From a virus, in the IMG/VR virus record IMGVR_UViG_3300030060_002738, positions 34,041-98,040 of that record: a stretch of DNA of 64,000 bases. One strand, written 5' to 3'. This document shows, piece after piece, positions 7,739 to 17,809 of the stretch. The translations under genes were made by a program, and so were the position numbers. Numbering within the stretch: the first letter of the stretch is position 1; each line of letters opens with the position of its first letter. The notes below the pieces were generated by a model. The model was not told the DNA's origin. It did no database searches and worked only from the letters and a program-made list of their open reading frames with translations.

Positions 7739-7933
7739 GTGTCATCAGCATACGATTCATCTTGGTTTAATATCCTGCGAGCGGAGGGCGCAGTTACATC
7801 AACCTCCCCCGGAACACAGGCACTATTCAATATAAGATTCGGGGGAAAAAGGAAGCATGGGAAAAAGAAAAGAAAGAAATCTAAAACCCATAAAGAAGGC
7901 AGAGATAGCACCCGGCTTGCCCGTAGACTTTGA
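7739..7933 (+). CDS. small basic protein with W-motif
   Basis: GGAGG SD; SWFNILRA near the N-terminus; K/R-rich tail overlaps the next gene. Confidence 0.5.
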   Translation: MSSAYDSSWFNILRAEGAVTSTSPGTQALFNIRFGGKRKHGKKKRKKSKTHKEGRDSTRLARRL

Positions 7934-8945
7934 AGGCGAGATTCCTAACTTCGCTGCTCTTTACAATCGATGGGAGAAAAAGGCGGAGCAGTTCAAGATT
8001 GACTACACTGGTAGAACGAACACCAACGTTTTAGATTGGATTGGAAATATCGGACAGAAGGGAAGGGCCAAGCCTGATGGTTCGACTGGCACAGCAGTAG
8101 CCCCTCCTCAAGAGTACATCGACAGAGCCAAAGATGCTGGAACGAAGGATGAGTATTCTTCTGAGCAGATATCAGCGATAAAGCAACTTCAACAGTACCT
8201 CATAGAGAACAAGAACTCAACGACATCAGAGGTTAATCCTGCCAATATCAAATTCAACGACATTCGCTCTTTTGATAAGAGCGGGAAGATACTTTCTAGA
8301 AGGGATGTGTATGGTGATTTCAGAACCAAACAGTTTGTGAAGTATCAAGCAAGGCACAAGAAGAAGACCTTCGCACCTGCGGATACTCACTATCTTTCTA
8401 GACAGCCCGGTAAGGCAAGACCCCCTACTTGGCAAGCATTGTTTGGGAATACCAAAGATGTCGCTTTGGACTTCAATAGTCCTAGTCTTCTGATGATAGC
8501 CACTTTCACTCTCGATGCCTTTGCTAGTGGAAAGGCGAAGGGAAAAAACACCAAGGCAAGACCATTCAACCTAACTAGGGTTAGGCCAAGCATCAGGGGA
8601 GAGGCAGCGAAGTGGGCTTACGAGAACATAAGCGATTTGAAAACTTGGTTCGATAGCAAGATGAAGGACTCTTCATACCTTTACACGACTGGTAATCTGA
8701 ATGACAGAAAATTACACAGAGACATCAAGGAGAGACCCTTCAAGTTGACAGATAATGAATCCAAGAAATTGCTAGAGTGGGTAGGGGCAGATGTGAATGT
8801 CGATTTGGATAAGGTCTTCATCAATCTATCAAGAAGGCAACTTAGGAATATGGCAGAAATTGCTGGTTTTGAGAATCAAAAAGAAAAAGAGGAAGTGAAA
8901 AAGCACGATTCCTCGGATTGGAGAGAAATTGTAAAGGCGGTATAG
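7857..8945 (+). CDS. basic hypothetical protein (362 aa) with C-terminal W-motif
   Basis: Long ORF ending DWREIVKAV. Confidence 0.8.
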   Translation: MGKRKERNLKPIKKAEIAPGLPVDFEGEIPNFAALYNRWEKKAEQFKIDYTGRTNTNVLDWIGNIGQKGRAKPDGSTGTAVAPPQEYIDRAKDAGTKDEYSSEQISAIKQLQQYLIENKNSTTSEVNPANIKFNDIRSFDKSGKILSRRDVYGDFRTKQFVKYQARHKKKTFAPADTHYLSRQPGKARPPTWQALFGNTKDVALDFNSPSLLMIATFTLDAFASGKAKGKNTKARPFNLTRVRPSIRGEAAKWAYENISDLKTWFDSKMKDSSYLYTTGNLNDRKLHRDIKERPFKLTDNESKKLLEWVGADVNVDLDKVFINLSRRQLRNMAEIAGFENQKEKEEVKKHDSSDWREIVKAV

Positions 8946-9042
8946 AAAATGAAGTGTAGAGGAATAAAGGAAGTACACCATGATAATATGGCAATAACGA
9001 CATGTTGCCCGTATTGTTACACAAATTGTTGGGGTGGTTGAA

Positions 9043-9228
9043 ATGGATTGGAAAAAAATTCTGAAAGAAGAGATGACTGAGGAAGAGAGAAAGAAGTACA
9101 TGAAGAGATTAGCAGAGTTGCAGCGATTGGAGGAAAACATGAAGCGAGACGTAGAAGGAACTGCTGAAGCATTCAGAGAAGGAGAATCTCTTGAACAGTA
9201 TAAGAAAAGAATGGGATACAACTTCTAG
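9043..9228 (+). CDS. small coiled-coil protein with N-terminal W-motif
   Basis: Starts MDWKKILKE after a GGGGTGG SD. Confidence 0.7.
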   Translation: MDWKKILKEEMTEEERKKYMKRLAELQRLEENMKRDVEGTAEAFREGESLEQYKKRMGYNF

Positions 9229-9236
9229 GTGATTGG

Positions 9237-9893
9237 ATGATTACGAGAAAGCGGTGTCCTCTCTGTATGCATGAGGATAGAGCCATGTTTGAGAGTGACT
9301 TAGAGGAGATGAGTTACACCGCAGATGCTCTTGACCAACAAATGGGTTGGAAAAGTGGCACAACAGCAAAGCATCAGAGGAATCACATGGGAGGATATGT
9401 CGATTCTGCCAATCCAAGTTGTAATATCTGCACAAGTCCAATGAGAAACGAGTTAGAAGCCCAACTTCATGCCGGAGAACTTACTCCTTCGCAGGTTGGA
9501 GAGATGGTTGAGAGTTCAGAGGTGCAAGTAATGCGTCATATGGAGAAACATCTTAAGCCAATCGTGCAACAATCTGCGGCAAATCTGATTGCAGCGAGAG
9601 AAGTCGATGAAATTCAGACCTTGAGCGTCAACGTTCAGCGATTGGAGCAAAAAATTGATACACTTTTCTCTGAAGATTCGACAGACCCGAAATATATCGA
9701 CTCATTGACTAAATTAGCGAAGGAAGTTCGTGAATCTCTGAAGTATTTGCTAGAGTTCAAGGGCAAACTAGTGCATAAGAGACAAGATACCATCATCGTT
9801 CATCAGATGCAGGTCATCAAAGAGGTTCTAGCACAGAATCATCCTGAAGTTTGGTTGGATGTAAGAGACAAAATGCAGGAGAAGATGCAATGA
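9237..9893 (+). CDS. tandem Zn-finger/HTH protein; terminase small subunit candidate
   Basis: Two CxxC...HxxxH units each enclosing an HTH-like segment, C-terminal coiled coil, upstream of TerL. Confidence 0.45.
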   Translation: MITRKRCPLCMHEDRAMFESDLEEMSYTADALDQQMGWKSGTTAKHQRNHMGGYVDSANPSCNICTSPMRNELEAQLHAGELTPSQVGEMVESSEVQVMRHMEKHLKPIVQQSAANLIAAREVDEIQTLSVNVQRLEQKIDTLFSEDSTDPKYIDSLTKLAKEVRESLKYLLEFKGKLVHKRQDTIIVHQMQVIKEVLAQNHPEVWLDVRDKMQEKMQ

Positions 9894-11647
9894 GTTGGCA
9901 AGAGGTTCTCAAAGAAAAGAAGGTTGAAGCAAAACCTGTTGCTGAACCAATAAAGAAACAGGAAGTCAAGGACTTTCCAATAAAACCCGATTCAGCCACA
10001 TTCAAGATTTGGCAAGCAGCGTCTAAGGATGATACATGGGCGGATTACACAAAAGACGGTTTGACTTCTTCCCAAGTCCAATCTGTTCAGAAGGCAAAGA
10101 GACTTCTTCAAGGGGAAGTTGTGAACATCGGAGGAACTGACTTTCAGTTAAAGGACAGAGATGCGGTAGGTAATGTCAATGCGATTATTTCTAGATTGGA
10201 TAACATAACACCAAAGAAAACTAGTCTTACTGCGAAGAGAAGAAAGGTTAATGCCGATGTAAAACACTTCATTCAGAATGAGAAGTATGATGAACTTCTC
10301 AATCTACTAGAAGGTAGAGGACAAGACAAGTATGCAGGGAAGTTATCGAATGTTGCTCAAAGGGCAAGAAAAATAATTCAAGAGTCTAAGATACTGAAGA
10401 ACAAGATACTCAGTGGTGCTGAAGACAAGCATCCTGAGTTGGTTAGGATAAAGGAAATTCTAAAGATAGGAGGAGTTCCTCAGATTGAGATAAATCAGAC
10501 AATTCCCGAACCCACTGTTGTTTCTTACATCAAGAAGATAATGGCACTTAACTTCAGTAAGAACTCAAGGAACAAGACGGACTTCATCTATGAGGATGCA
10601 AACGACCAACTTGCTAGGAATATATTCGGACACACCAAGATTCTTCCTTCATTGGAGTTCATCTTGGATAACGAGGGACTGAATGAGAGCAACATACCAA
10701 CAGCCTACAAGAAGAGAAACGTGATTGAGAACATCGCTTTGCAGAAGTTGATTGCTGGTGTTCTATCAGAGGAGAACAAGGATGCTCAGAAATCCATCAA
10801 CAGTATCTACGACAAGTACAAGGAAGACATCGAGGCATTCTACGGGAGAGAGGGGGAGACTCCTGAAGAGGCAGAGAAAAGGCAGAAACTTCGTAATGAG
10901 AGCAGGGGGAAGTGGGATGCCATATCAAGGAAGGGCAACAAAGCAAGAAGGGACTTCTTCGCAGAGATTAGGGAAGATGATGACACCAATGCTTACTTTG
11001 AGGACTTGATGGCCGAAGTGACAGAGGACAAGACAAACAAGATGACATCGGAGATTAGAGATGAACTCGTAGAGGCGTTGCAGAACAGTGACCCCGATGA
11101 CTTCACAGCCTCTCTCAAAAAACTAGGAATCCAAGACACGTTTGATGACATGGAAGAGATTGATGAAAAGTTAGACGTTGACAAGACAATAGATGCTTTA
11201 GTGCAAATGAAGACATTGCCTAATGGTCTAGTAAGACCTGTTGCGGGAACAGAGGAGACTCTCAGATACTTTGACGAGCAGGAGATTGATGCTTGGTCTA
11301 TCTTAGAGGATGTGATAGATGATGACATCACAACTTTCGATGCAGGACAGACTGGAACACTAGACAAGATTGTTATCATACAGAAGAGACTTGGGGAACT
11401 GTATGATGTTGAGCCTGAGATAGATGAGGAGGATGTCGAGAACGGAGACATGACCAGCGAGGAGTTCAAGCAGTTGATTCTAGATACTTACAGCCCGATT
11501 CGTAAAGCGTTCCTTGAGGGCGTTGCAAAGAGGATGAAGGACATTAGTGCAGAAGGGAAGGTTCTAGGAAAGAAGATAAAGAGTTCACAAGGCGGTTTCG
11601 TTGAACCTGCCATTTGGATTCAGATACAATTAGGGGTGAGCGAGTGA
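9890..11647 (+). CDS. large helical protein with N-terminal W-motif (putative internal virion protein)
   Basis: Likely start MSWQEVLKE at 9890 (ATGA overlap with the upstream stop). Confidence 0.75.
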   Translation: MSWQEVLKEKKVEAKPVAEPIKKQEVKDFPIKPDSATFKIWQAASKDDTWADYTKDGLTSSQVQSVQKAKRLLQGEVVNIGGTDFQLKDRDAVGNVNAIISRLDNITPKKTSLTAKRRKVNADVKHFIQNEKYDELLNLLEGRGQDKYAGKLSNVAQRARKIIQESKILKNKILSGAEDKHPELVRIKEILKIGGVPQIEINQTIPEPTVVSYIKKIMALNFSKNSRNKTDFIYEDANDQLARNIFGHTKILPSLEFILDNEGLNESNIPTAYKKRNVIENIALQKLIAGVLSEENKDAQKSINSIYDKYKEDIEAFYGREGETPEEAEKRQKLRNESRGKWDAISRKGNKARRDFFAEIREDDDTNAYFEDLMAEVTEDKTNKMTSEIRDELVEALQNSDPDDFTASLKKLGIQDTFDDMEEIDEKLDVDKTIDALVQMKTLPNGLVRPVAGTEETLRYFDEQEIDAWSILEDVIDDDITTFDAGQTGTLDKIVIIQKRLGELYDVEPEIDEEDVENGDMTSEEFKQLILDTYSPIRKAFLEGVAKRMKDISAEGKVLGKKIKSSQGGFVEPAIWIQIQLGVSE

Positions 11648-14505
11648 AACCAAGCGTAGATTTGAACAGGGCATTTGAGATTTTTATCAAAGAGGGGAAT
11701 GCTGGCCTGAAGGAATACATGAAGCGGTTGAACGACCAATACTTAGATGAAGAGGGCAATCCTACGACTCCTGACTCCAAAGTTGCAGAGCAACTGAATC
11801 CTGATGAGATGACATATGAAGCACTCATAGCAGAACTGAAGAGAAGGGGAATAGACAAGTATGTTCCAAAGAAAAAGAAAGTCAAGAGAAAGGACTACAA
11901 CCCTGATACTGGAAAATTGCAAGAGAAAGAAGTCGAGATAGAAGAGCCAGTACCTGCTAAGTTCAACAAGGAGGAGGCGATTGCTAGGCTCAAACAGGAG
12001 ATAGGAGAAGCCCCTGCACCAAAGGAGAGAGTGACTGAGAAACTGAAACTCATAGATATGAAAGAGTTCCCTGATGATGTTCTCTATACCTACTTGAGAA
12101 AGAACTTCAACTCAGAATCAGAGAACAAGACTGCAATCATGCAGGGAGAGACCTTCCAAGGAAGGCTTCTAGTCAACCCTGATGGCACTCCTAGAAGTGG
12201 AGCGGAAATCAGAAACAAGGTAGAAGACGAGTTGAGAGACAAGTTCCCAATCATCTTCAGACAAGACAGACCAAAGCAGTACATAGACGAACTAGTTCGA
12301 TTGGGATTGAGAAGTTTCACTAGCAGAGTCGCTGAAGATGCTTCTGCTCTAACTAGGATGTCGTCTACTCAAATCATAGATGAGGCCAAGGAAGACAGCG
12401 ACGTAAATGATATTCTAGGCATGTTCACTGAGAAGGGAAGGAAACTGAACTACAAGGTGTTTGAGTTATACTTCAGGCAGTTTGCCCCGAAGAGGGAAAC
12501 GAGAAGGAACATCAAATGGAACAACTACGTCAACAGGACATACAGGTTAGGCTTCACTAGAGAGAAAGTCGATGAGGCCATAGACATCTTGGAGAACAAG
12601 ATACCTGACTACTTCGTTCCGATTCTGTTTCCTTTCAAGGCAATGCTCGTAAGTCTGAAGGATAAGAAGGAAACAGGACAGGGACAATATAGAGTGTCAA
12701 GATTGAGAGCATCTCAGATTATCGGAAGAGTGGATACTAAACAGATAAAGAAGAGAGCGGAGATATACGGGTATTGGAAGGAGAAGTCAAAGGAGTTTGA
12801 GGAGTTCAAGACTGCTCACAATAATTTCATGGATGCTATGGACAAGTTGGATGGCGAGTATTCACCTGAGTTGGAGTCCACTTTCAAGGAATTCAAGGCT
12901 ATCAAGATTGACAATCTGAATTACATCCAACGACATGACAGGGTTGACTTTGAGGATATAGACAACATAGAGCAGAAGTCAGTCGCACTTCTTCGCAGTT
13001 TCCTGAGTGATATCAGACAGATGCCACCTAACAGGGTAATCTTCACTGATGAGGAAACAGGCAAGGATGATGTCAGTAGATACGGAGAGTTGGAAACCGA
13101 CAACGAACTAATCGATGAGGAGAGTGAGTTGAGGGCTAAGATTAATTCCCTATCGAACAAGAAGGTAGACCCTCTTTACGCATACGCATTGAAGGAGGGA
13201 TTCACAAACGAACTGTCTGCTGGTGCAGTTGCCTCCAAGCAACTTGGTGAAATAAAGAGAAGATTGAAGACTGGTCTAGTATTGATAGAGATGGAGAATC
13301 TCATACCTAGAATAGACTCCTTCATCAAAAACTTAGAGAAGATGGAATCAGGAAACCTGAAGGATTTGTTTCTTCCAGTGTCAGATGCTATTGAAGGATA
13401 TGAGGGTAGCAAGAAGATAAATGATGATGTTGCAGAGTACCTGAGTCTGTTTGCTGAGTTTATTGAATATGGTGATGACTTCGATAGACGTTCAAAGGAT
13501 GCATCATCAGTCGTTGGACAAGGAGAGAGAAAGGTAGGTGGCAAGACCGTCAGGGAAGCAGCCTCCCCTAGAGTAGCATTAGGTAGAAGAGGAAAAAGAA
13601 AGACGCATCTAACTGAATTCAAGGAGTTGGATATCGCTACTAAGTTCAACAGCCTACTAGAGCAGATAGTCAACTTCTTCATCGAGCCGAGTAGAAGCAA
13701 GTACAAACCAACTGATGAAGCACTCCCCTACATCAAGAAGGTTGGTAGTCGTAAGATTGAGAACATCGTAAGAGAACCCAAGGCTGGTGACAGTCCATTC
13801 ATACATCTCCTTAGAATGGAGAGCGATGATTGGAGACTATCGATGTCCGATTTGAAAAACATATCCAAGTTCATGCAACTTCTAACTTCGCTCAATGTCG
13901 GGTCAAAGCAGAAGGAACTAGTGAGCGAGACATTTGACTTGGCTGATATGATAGACGATTTGTTTGAGGGAGAAATGACAGAGATGGTCAATGTGGAATT
14001 TGGGAATTTCTTGAGTGGTCTCTTTGAGGATGCTAATCTAGGTGATGTGAAGTTCGGACTAGGAGGCAAGAAGAAAGATACGAAGGAGTGGGCAGAGGAC
14101 TACAAGGCATCTAAACTGTATCCGTTTGAGTCCATCTTCAATCACTTGGTTATGAACAAGGAGAAGTATAAGGAAATGCAGGGAGCAACCCAACTCATCG
14201 ATAGGATTCTAACAGCAGAGAATGACCTGAACATAACCAAGTCTGCTGAACAGCGACTCGTATTGAAGGCACATGATGAGATTAGAAAGATGATGGGCAA
14301 ACCAACTTACTATGGTCTTTCCAAAGTCGAAGATTACAATGCAGTATCAGAGGCGATTAACATAATGAATAGCAAATACAATGTTGATATTACTGCAATG
14401 GATGTAGAGAATATTGTCAAGGAGTTTGATTCGATGACTAGCATCGGAACAAAGTACGGCATTCCACAAGAGGGGGTCTATTTCCTCAAAGCGAACTTCA
14501 GGTGA
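11644..14505 (+). CDS. large helical hypothetical protein (~950 aa; putative internal/ejection protein)
   Basis: GGGGTGA SD, GTG start; HeH/SAP-like EMTYEALIAELKRRGI; no catalytic motifs recognised. Confidence 0.75.
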   Translation: MKPSVDLNRAFEIFIKEGNAGLKEYMKRLNDQYLDEEGNPTTPDSKVAEQLNPDEMTYEALIAELKRRGIDKYVPKKKKVKRKDYNPDTGKLQEKEVEIEEPVPAKFNKEEAIARLKQEIGEAPAPKERVTEKLKLIDMKEFPDDVLYTYLRKNFNSESENKTAIMQGETFQGRLLVNPDGTPRSGAEIRNKVEDELRDKFPIIFRQDRPKQYIDELVRLGLRSFTSRVAEDASALTRMSSTQIIDEAKEDSDVNDILGMFTEKGRKLNYKVFELYFRQFAPKRETRRNIKWNNYVNRTYRLGFTREKVDEAIDILENKIPDYFVPILFPFKAMLVSLKDKKETGQGQYRVSRLRASQIIGRVDTKQIKKRAEIYGYWKEKSKEFEEFKTAHNNFMDAMDKLDGEYSPELESTFKEFKAIKIDNLNYIQRHDRVDFEDIDNIEQKSVALLRSFLSDIRQMPPNRVIFTDEETGKDDVSRYGELETDNELIDEESELRAKINSLSNKKVDPLYAYALKEGFTNELSAGAVASKQLGEIKRRLKTGLVLIEMENLIPRIDSFIKNLEKMESGNLKDLFLPVSDAIEGYEGSKKINDDVAEYLSLFAEFIEYGDDFDRRSKDASSVVGQGERKVGGKTVREAASPRVALGRRGKRKTHLTEFKELDIATKFNSLLEQIVNFFIEPSRSKYKPTDEALPYIKKVGSRKIENIVREPKAGDSPFIHLLRMESDDWRLSMSDLKNISKFMQLLTSLNVGSKQKELVSETFDLADMIDDLFEGEMTEMVNVEFGNFLSGLFEDANLGDVKFGLGGKKKDTKEWAEDYKASKLYPFESIFNHLVMNKEKYKEMQGATQLIDRILTAENDLNITKSAEQRLVLKAHDEIRKMMGKPTYYGLSKVEDYNAVSEAINIMNSKYNVDITAMDVENIVKEFDSMTSIGTKYGIPQEGVYFLKANFR

Positions 14506-14509
14506 GGAA

Positions 14510-14995
14510 ATGGCAGACATACAAATCAAGGAAGTTTCTGAAGCAGAAGCAATCCGCATGTGGAACAGGGATAACCCCGATGACCCATTCTCAAGACAAG
14601 CACCTTCATGGTATGACATACGCAATTGGATAGTGAGAACCAATGATGGAGAAGTAGTCGCAATAGCAGGTTATACTGACATGGGAGACTATGCCATACT
14701 TGGAGGCATGAAGGCTAGGAGTAAAGACAAACCAAAAGGCGGAGGAAACTGGAAGGCTTTGTTGAACTATCGAAAGAACATACTTGGCAACAAGCCGAAG
14801 ATAGCAGGGTTTCGTGCAACGAAGATGCCACAGGCAAAATGGACTGCTATGAATGAGAGGGCAGGTTATCAGCGAAAGGACATGATGGGCATCCCACAGG
14901 AACTCACTGACAAGTTCACTGAACGCTATGGAGATGATTGGGGCATAATGAAGAACACATCATGGTTCTTCCCAATGATGAGGGGGCTAATTTAG
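14510..14995 (+). CDS. GNAT-fold protein (putative acetyltransferase)
   Basis: WIVRTNDGEVVAIAGY...AILGGM...KGGGNWKALL pattern. Confidence 0.45.
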   Translation: MADIQIKEVSEAEAIRMWNRDNPDDPFSRQAPSWYDIRNWIVRTNDGEVVAIAGYTDMGDYAILGGMKARSKDKPKGGGNWKALLNYRKNILGNKPKIAGFRATKMPQAKWTAMNERAGYQRKDMMGIPQELTDKFTERYGDDWGIMKNTSWFFPMMRGLI

Positions 14996-16431
14996 TGCCT
15001 GAAATAGACAACTTAGATTTTGTATCTAGTATGGATATGGAGTTATCTAGAAACTCATTCCCATATTTCTTTCAGAACGTATTGGGTATGATGTATCCTG
15101 AATATATGAAAGAGTGGCTAGAGTCTATGGAGAAGACAGACAGGACAGTTATCGTTTGTAGCAGAGACCACGGAAAGTCCGTCTTCATGCATTGTTGGGT
15201 TGTATGGAATCTAGTATTCCAAGAGCCTCCCTTTCAGATGCTATACATATCATCGAACCAAAAGCAGACACTTGTTCACATGAGGGAGATTGACAGATAC
15301 TTCAATCTACCAGCGTTGAAACAATTCAAGCCTAGTCGTGGATGGGCAATTGGGAACATTCAACTTACCAACGGCAATGCGATTCTAGAGCGTTCCGTTG
15401 GTTCTCAGATTCGTGGTCTTCACCCACAGGAGATTATTATTGACGACCCCCTGAAGGAGTTCAGTCTCGCTGGTATTCAGAGAGTAACAGACTGGTTCTT
15501 CGGTGACATGATTCCGACTTTGCATCACACTTCCAAACTCAGGATGATTGGAACCCCGTTTACCTACACTGATATTTTTGCACAATTGGAAGAGAACGAG
15601 GCATATACTGTCACGAAATATCCATGTCTCAATGCATTGAATGAACCCCTTTGGGCTGAACGTTGGGACTTCGATGCACTCATGCAGAGGAAGGCAGAGA
15701 TAGGTTCTCTGAAGTTCACAAGAGAGTATCTGTGTGTTCCAATCTCCACCGGAACTGCTCTCTTCAATCCTGAGTTTATCGAGAAGTGTAAGAACAAGGA
15801 CTACATTTTGAAACTAGGTAATAGAAAAGACAAGGGCTACAAATACTATGTTGGTGTTGACCCTGCTATCTCAACTGATGGTGACTACAACGTAATCACG
15901 GTTTTAGAGGTGGATGAGAATAAGAACAAGGCAATCGTTCATGTTGATAGAGCGAAGAACATACAGTTCAGAGAGAACATAGAGAAGATACGTTTGATTG
16001 GTAAGGTGTTTGAGCCGGAGGAGATTCTGTTTGAGACCAACACCTTCGCAAAGGCATTCACACAGGAACTCAAGAATATGACAGATTTGAATGTCAGAGA
16101 CTTCAACACAACGAGAAAGAAGAAACAGGAGATAATTCTAAATCTTCAGATGAATATAGAGAATCAGAAGATAATTATGCCGTATGGTGATAATGCGAGT
16201 AGAAGGTTGACTGGTGCTTTGATTGAGGAACTGTCGATGTTCTCAATCACTACCAGTGGTAGGTTTGAGGGTGTCGGCGCACATGACGATTTAGTGATGA
16301 GTTTAGCATTGGCAAATGCTGCTGCACAGGGAACAGGAGAACAGTTCGTTTTACTTGATGACTTGGACATCTTTGATGAACCTACCACTACTCGGCGTAG
16401 TGTGTCAGGCGTGATGGGTATCAATTTCTGA
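14995..16431 (+). CDS. terL: terminase large subunit
   Basis: Walker A SRDHGKS, Walker B IIIDD, coupling motif IGTP, RNase H-like YVGVDPA and HDDLVMS. Confidence 0.95.
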   Translation: MPEIDNLDFVSSMDMELSRNSFPYFFQNVLGMMYPEYMKEWLESMEKTDRTVIVCSRDHGKSVFMHCWVVWNLVFQEPPFQMLYISSNQKQTLVHMREIDRYFNLPALKQFKPSRGWAIGNIQLTNGNAILERSVGSQIRGLHPQEIIIDDPLKEFSLAGIQRVTDWFFGDMIPTLHHTSKLRMIGTPFTYTDIFAQLEENEAYTVTKYPCLNALNEPLWAERWDFDALMQRKAEIGSLKFTREYLCVPISTGTALFNPEFIEKCKNKDYILKLGNRKDKGYKYYVGVDPAISTDGDYNVITVLEVDENKNKAIVHVDRAKNIQFRENIEKIRLIGKVFEPEEILFETNTFAKAFTQELKNMTDLNVRDFNTTRKKKQEIILNLQMNIENQKIIMPYGDNASRRLTGALIEELSMFSITTSGRFEGVGAHDDLVMSLALANAAAQGTGEQFVLLDDLDIFDEPTTTRRSVSGVMGINF

Positions 16432-16440
16432 GGTGACGAT

Positions 16441-17808
16441 ATGAGCGAAAAAGGAGACAAACTCAGGGAACAGGCGGCACTTTCTGAAGAAGCAGCAGAA
16501 CTCGCTGACCGAGAAGAAGAAGTCCAAGGGAGACAGCAGACTCTTACTGCTGAACTTGAGGTAACAAAGTATCAATGGTTAGAGGAGCAACCAATCAGCA
16601 GTCACTTTGAGATAGAAAAGAAATTCGCAGAGGAACACAACATCGGACTCTCGGAGGCTCGTAAAGCCATAAGAAACGACTTGAAGAAATATGAGATAGA
16701 GGGGAAGGACATCCCACTTATGATTAAGGAACTCAAGATGTATCGAAGAACTCTGAAGGGAGACCCGAAAGTAGCAGTGACGAAATCCATAGACAATCTC
16801 ATCAACGCATACTCATCACATTTGGATGAGAGCATCAACAAAATATACTGGATTAGAAAATACAAACCCGCTCTGAAGGACATGACATTATCAGAGGAGA
16901 ATATTATCAAACTCTCATTGATTCACGATGAGACAACACGCAGGGAAATTATAGATTCCCTGTGTAAGTATTGGGAGTGCAGATTGGATATTGACGGCAT
17001 GGCCTATGGTCAGGAGTTTGCTAAGTTGTCAAAGGAGATGACTAGCAGCAAGAGAGCAGTCAATAGCAAAATAAGAAAATACATTGTAAACATAGGGCCG
17101 AAGGAACTCATCAAGAGGCACATAGTAAAACTAGTCAGTGAAGAACAGGGAATCTCTGCAAGACAGGTACATGAGAGACTACCTGAGAATCTATTCAAGA
17201 AATCTTCTCCTTCTATGATTTCAAAGATGGCACGTTCTGCAAACGTAACGATAGTCGATGGTGCATTATACAAGATGAGTGATGACATCAAGAAAGACAT
17301 CTATGCTTACACTGCTGCATTCATTGATTCGGATGGATACATTACAATGGACAAGAATCACAACCCAAGAGTAGGATTAGTTGCAACGGGAGAAAGAGGA
17401 AAGGCATTCATGTTGGAGATGCATAAGTCTCTTGGATGTGGCAGACTACACTTAGACCAAAAATCACCACAGGATACCAAACCAATAAACAGATTAAACT
17501 TCTACTCTCGTAATGATGTCTCTGAAATACTAAGCAAGTGTATGCCCTTCTTCAAACTCAAGAAGAAGAACGCAGAAATATTGGTGGAACTGCTTCGCAT
17601 GAAGAAGAGTCACAAGAAAGCAACTTGGTATAATGCTCGTAAGGAAGAACTGTTCAAACTTATGAAGTACGAGAATCACAAAGATGACAAGAACTACGAT
17701 TTTGGCAAGTATAACATTGACATAGATACTGTTGCTAAATACTATGAGAATGACAAGACAACCGAGATGGATAAGTTAGAGGCCATCATTAAGAACGAGG
17801 TAGAATAA
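16441..17808 (+). CDS. LAGLIDADG endonuclease-domain protein with long helical/wHTH N-terminus
   Basis: YTAAFIDSDGYI motif near residue 290 and the typical downstream beta/alpha pattern. Confidence 0.75.
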   Translation: MSEKGDKLREQAALSEEAAELADREEEVQGRQQTLTAELEVTKYQWLEEQPISSHFEIEKKFAEEHNIGLSEARKAIRNDLKKYEIEGKDIPLMIKELKMYRRTLKGDPKVAVTKSIDNLINAYSSHLDESINKIYWIRKYKPALKDMTLSEENIIKLSLIHDETTRREIIDSLCKYWECRLDIDGMAYGQEFAKLSKEMTSSKRAVNSKIRKYIVNIGPKELIKRHIVKLVSEEQGISARQVHERLPENLFKKSSPSMISKMARSANVTIVDGALYKMSDDIKKDIYAYTAAFIDSDGYITMDKNHNPRVGLVATGERGKAFMLEMHKSLGCGRLHLDQKSPQDTKPINRLNFYSRNDVSEILSKCMPFFKLKKKNAEILVELLRMKKSHKKATWYNARKEELFKLMKYENHKDDKNYDFGKYNIDIDTVAKYYENDKTTEMDKLEAIIKNEVE

Positions 17809-17809
17809 A

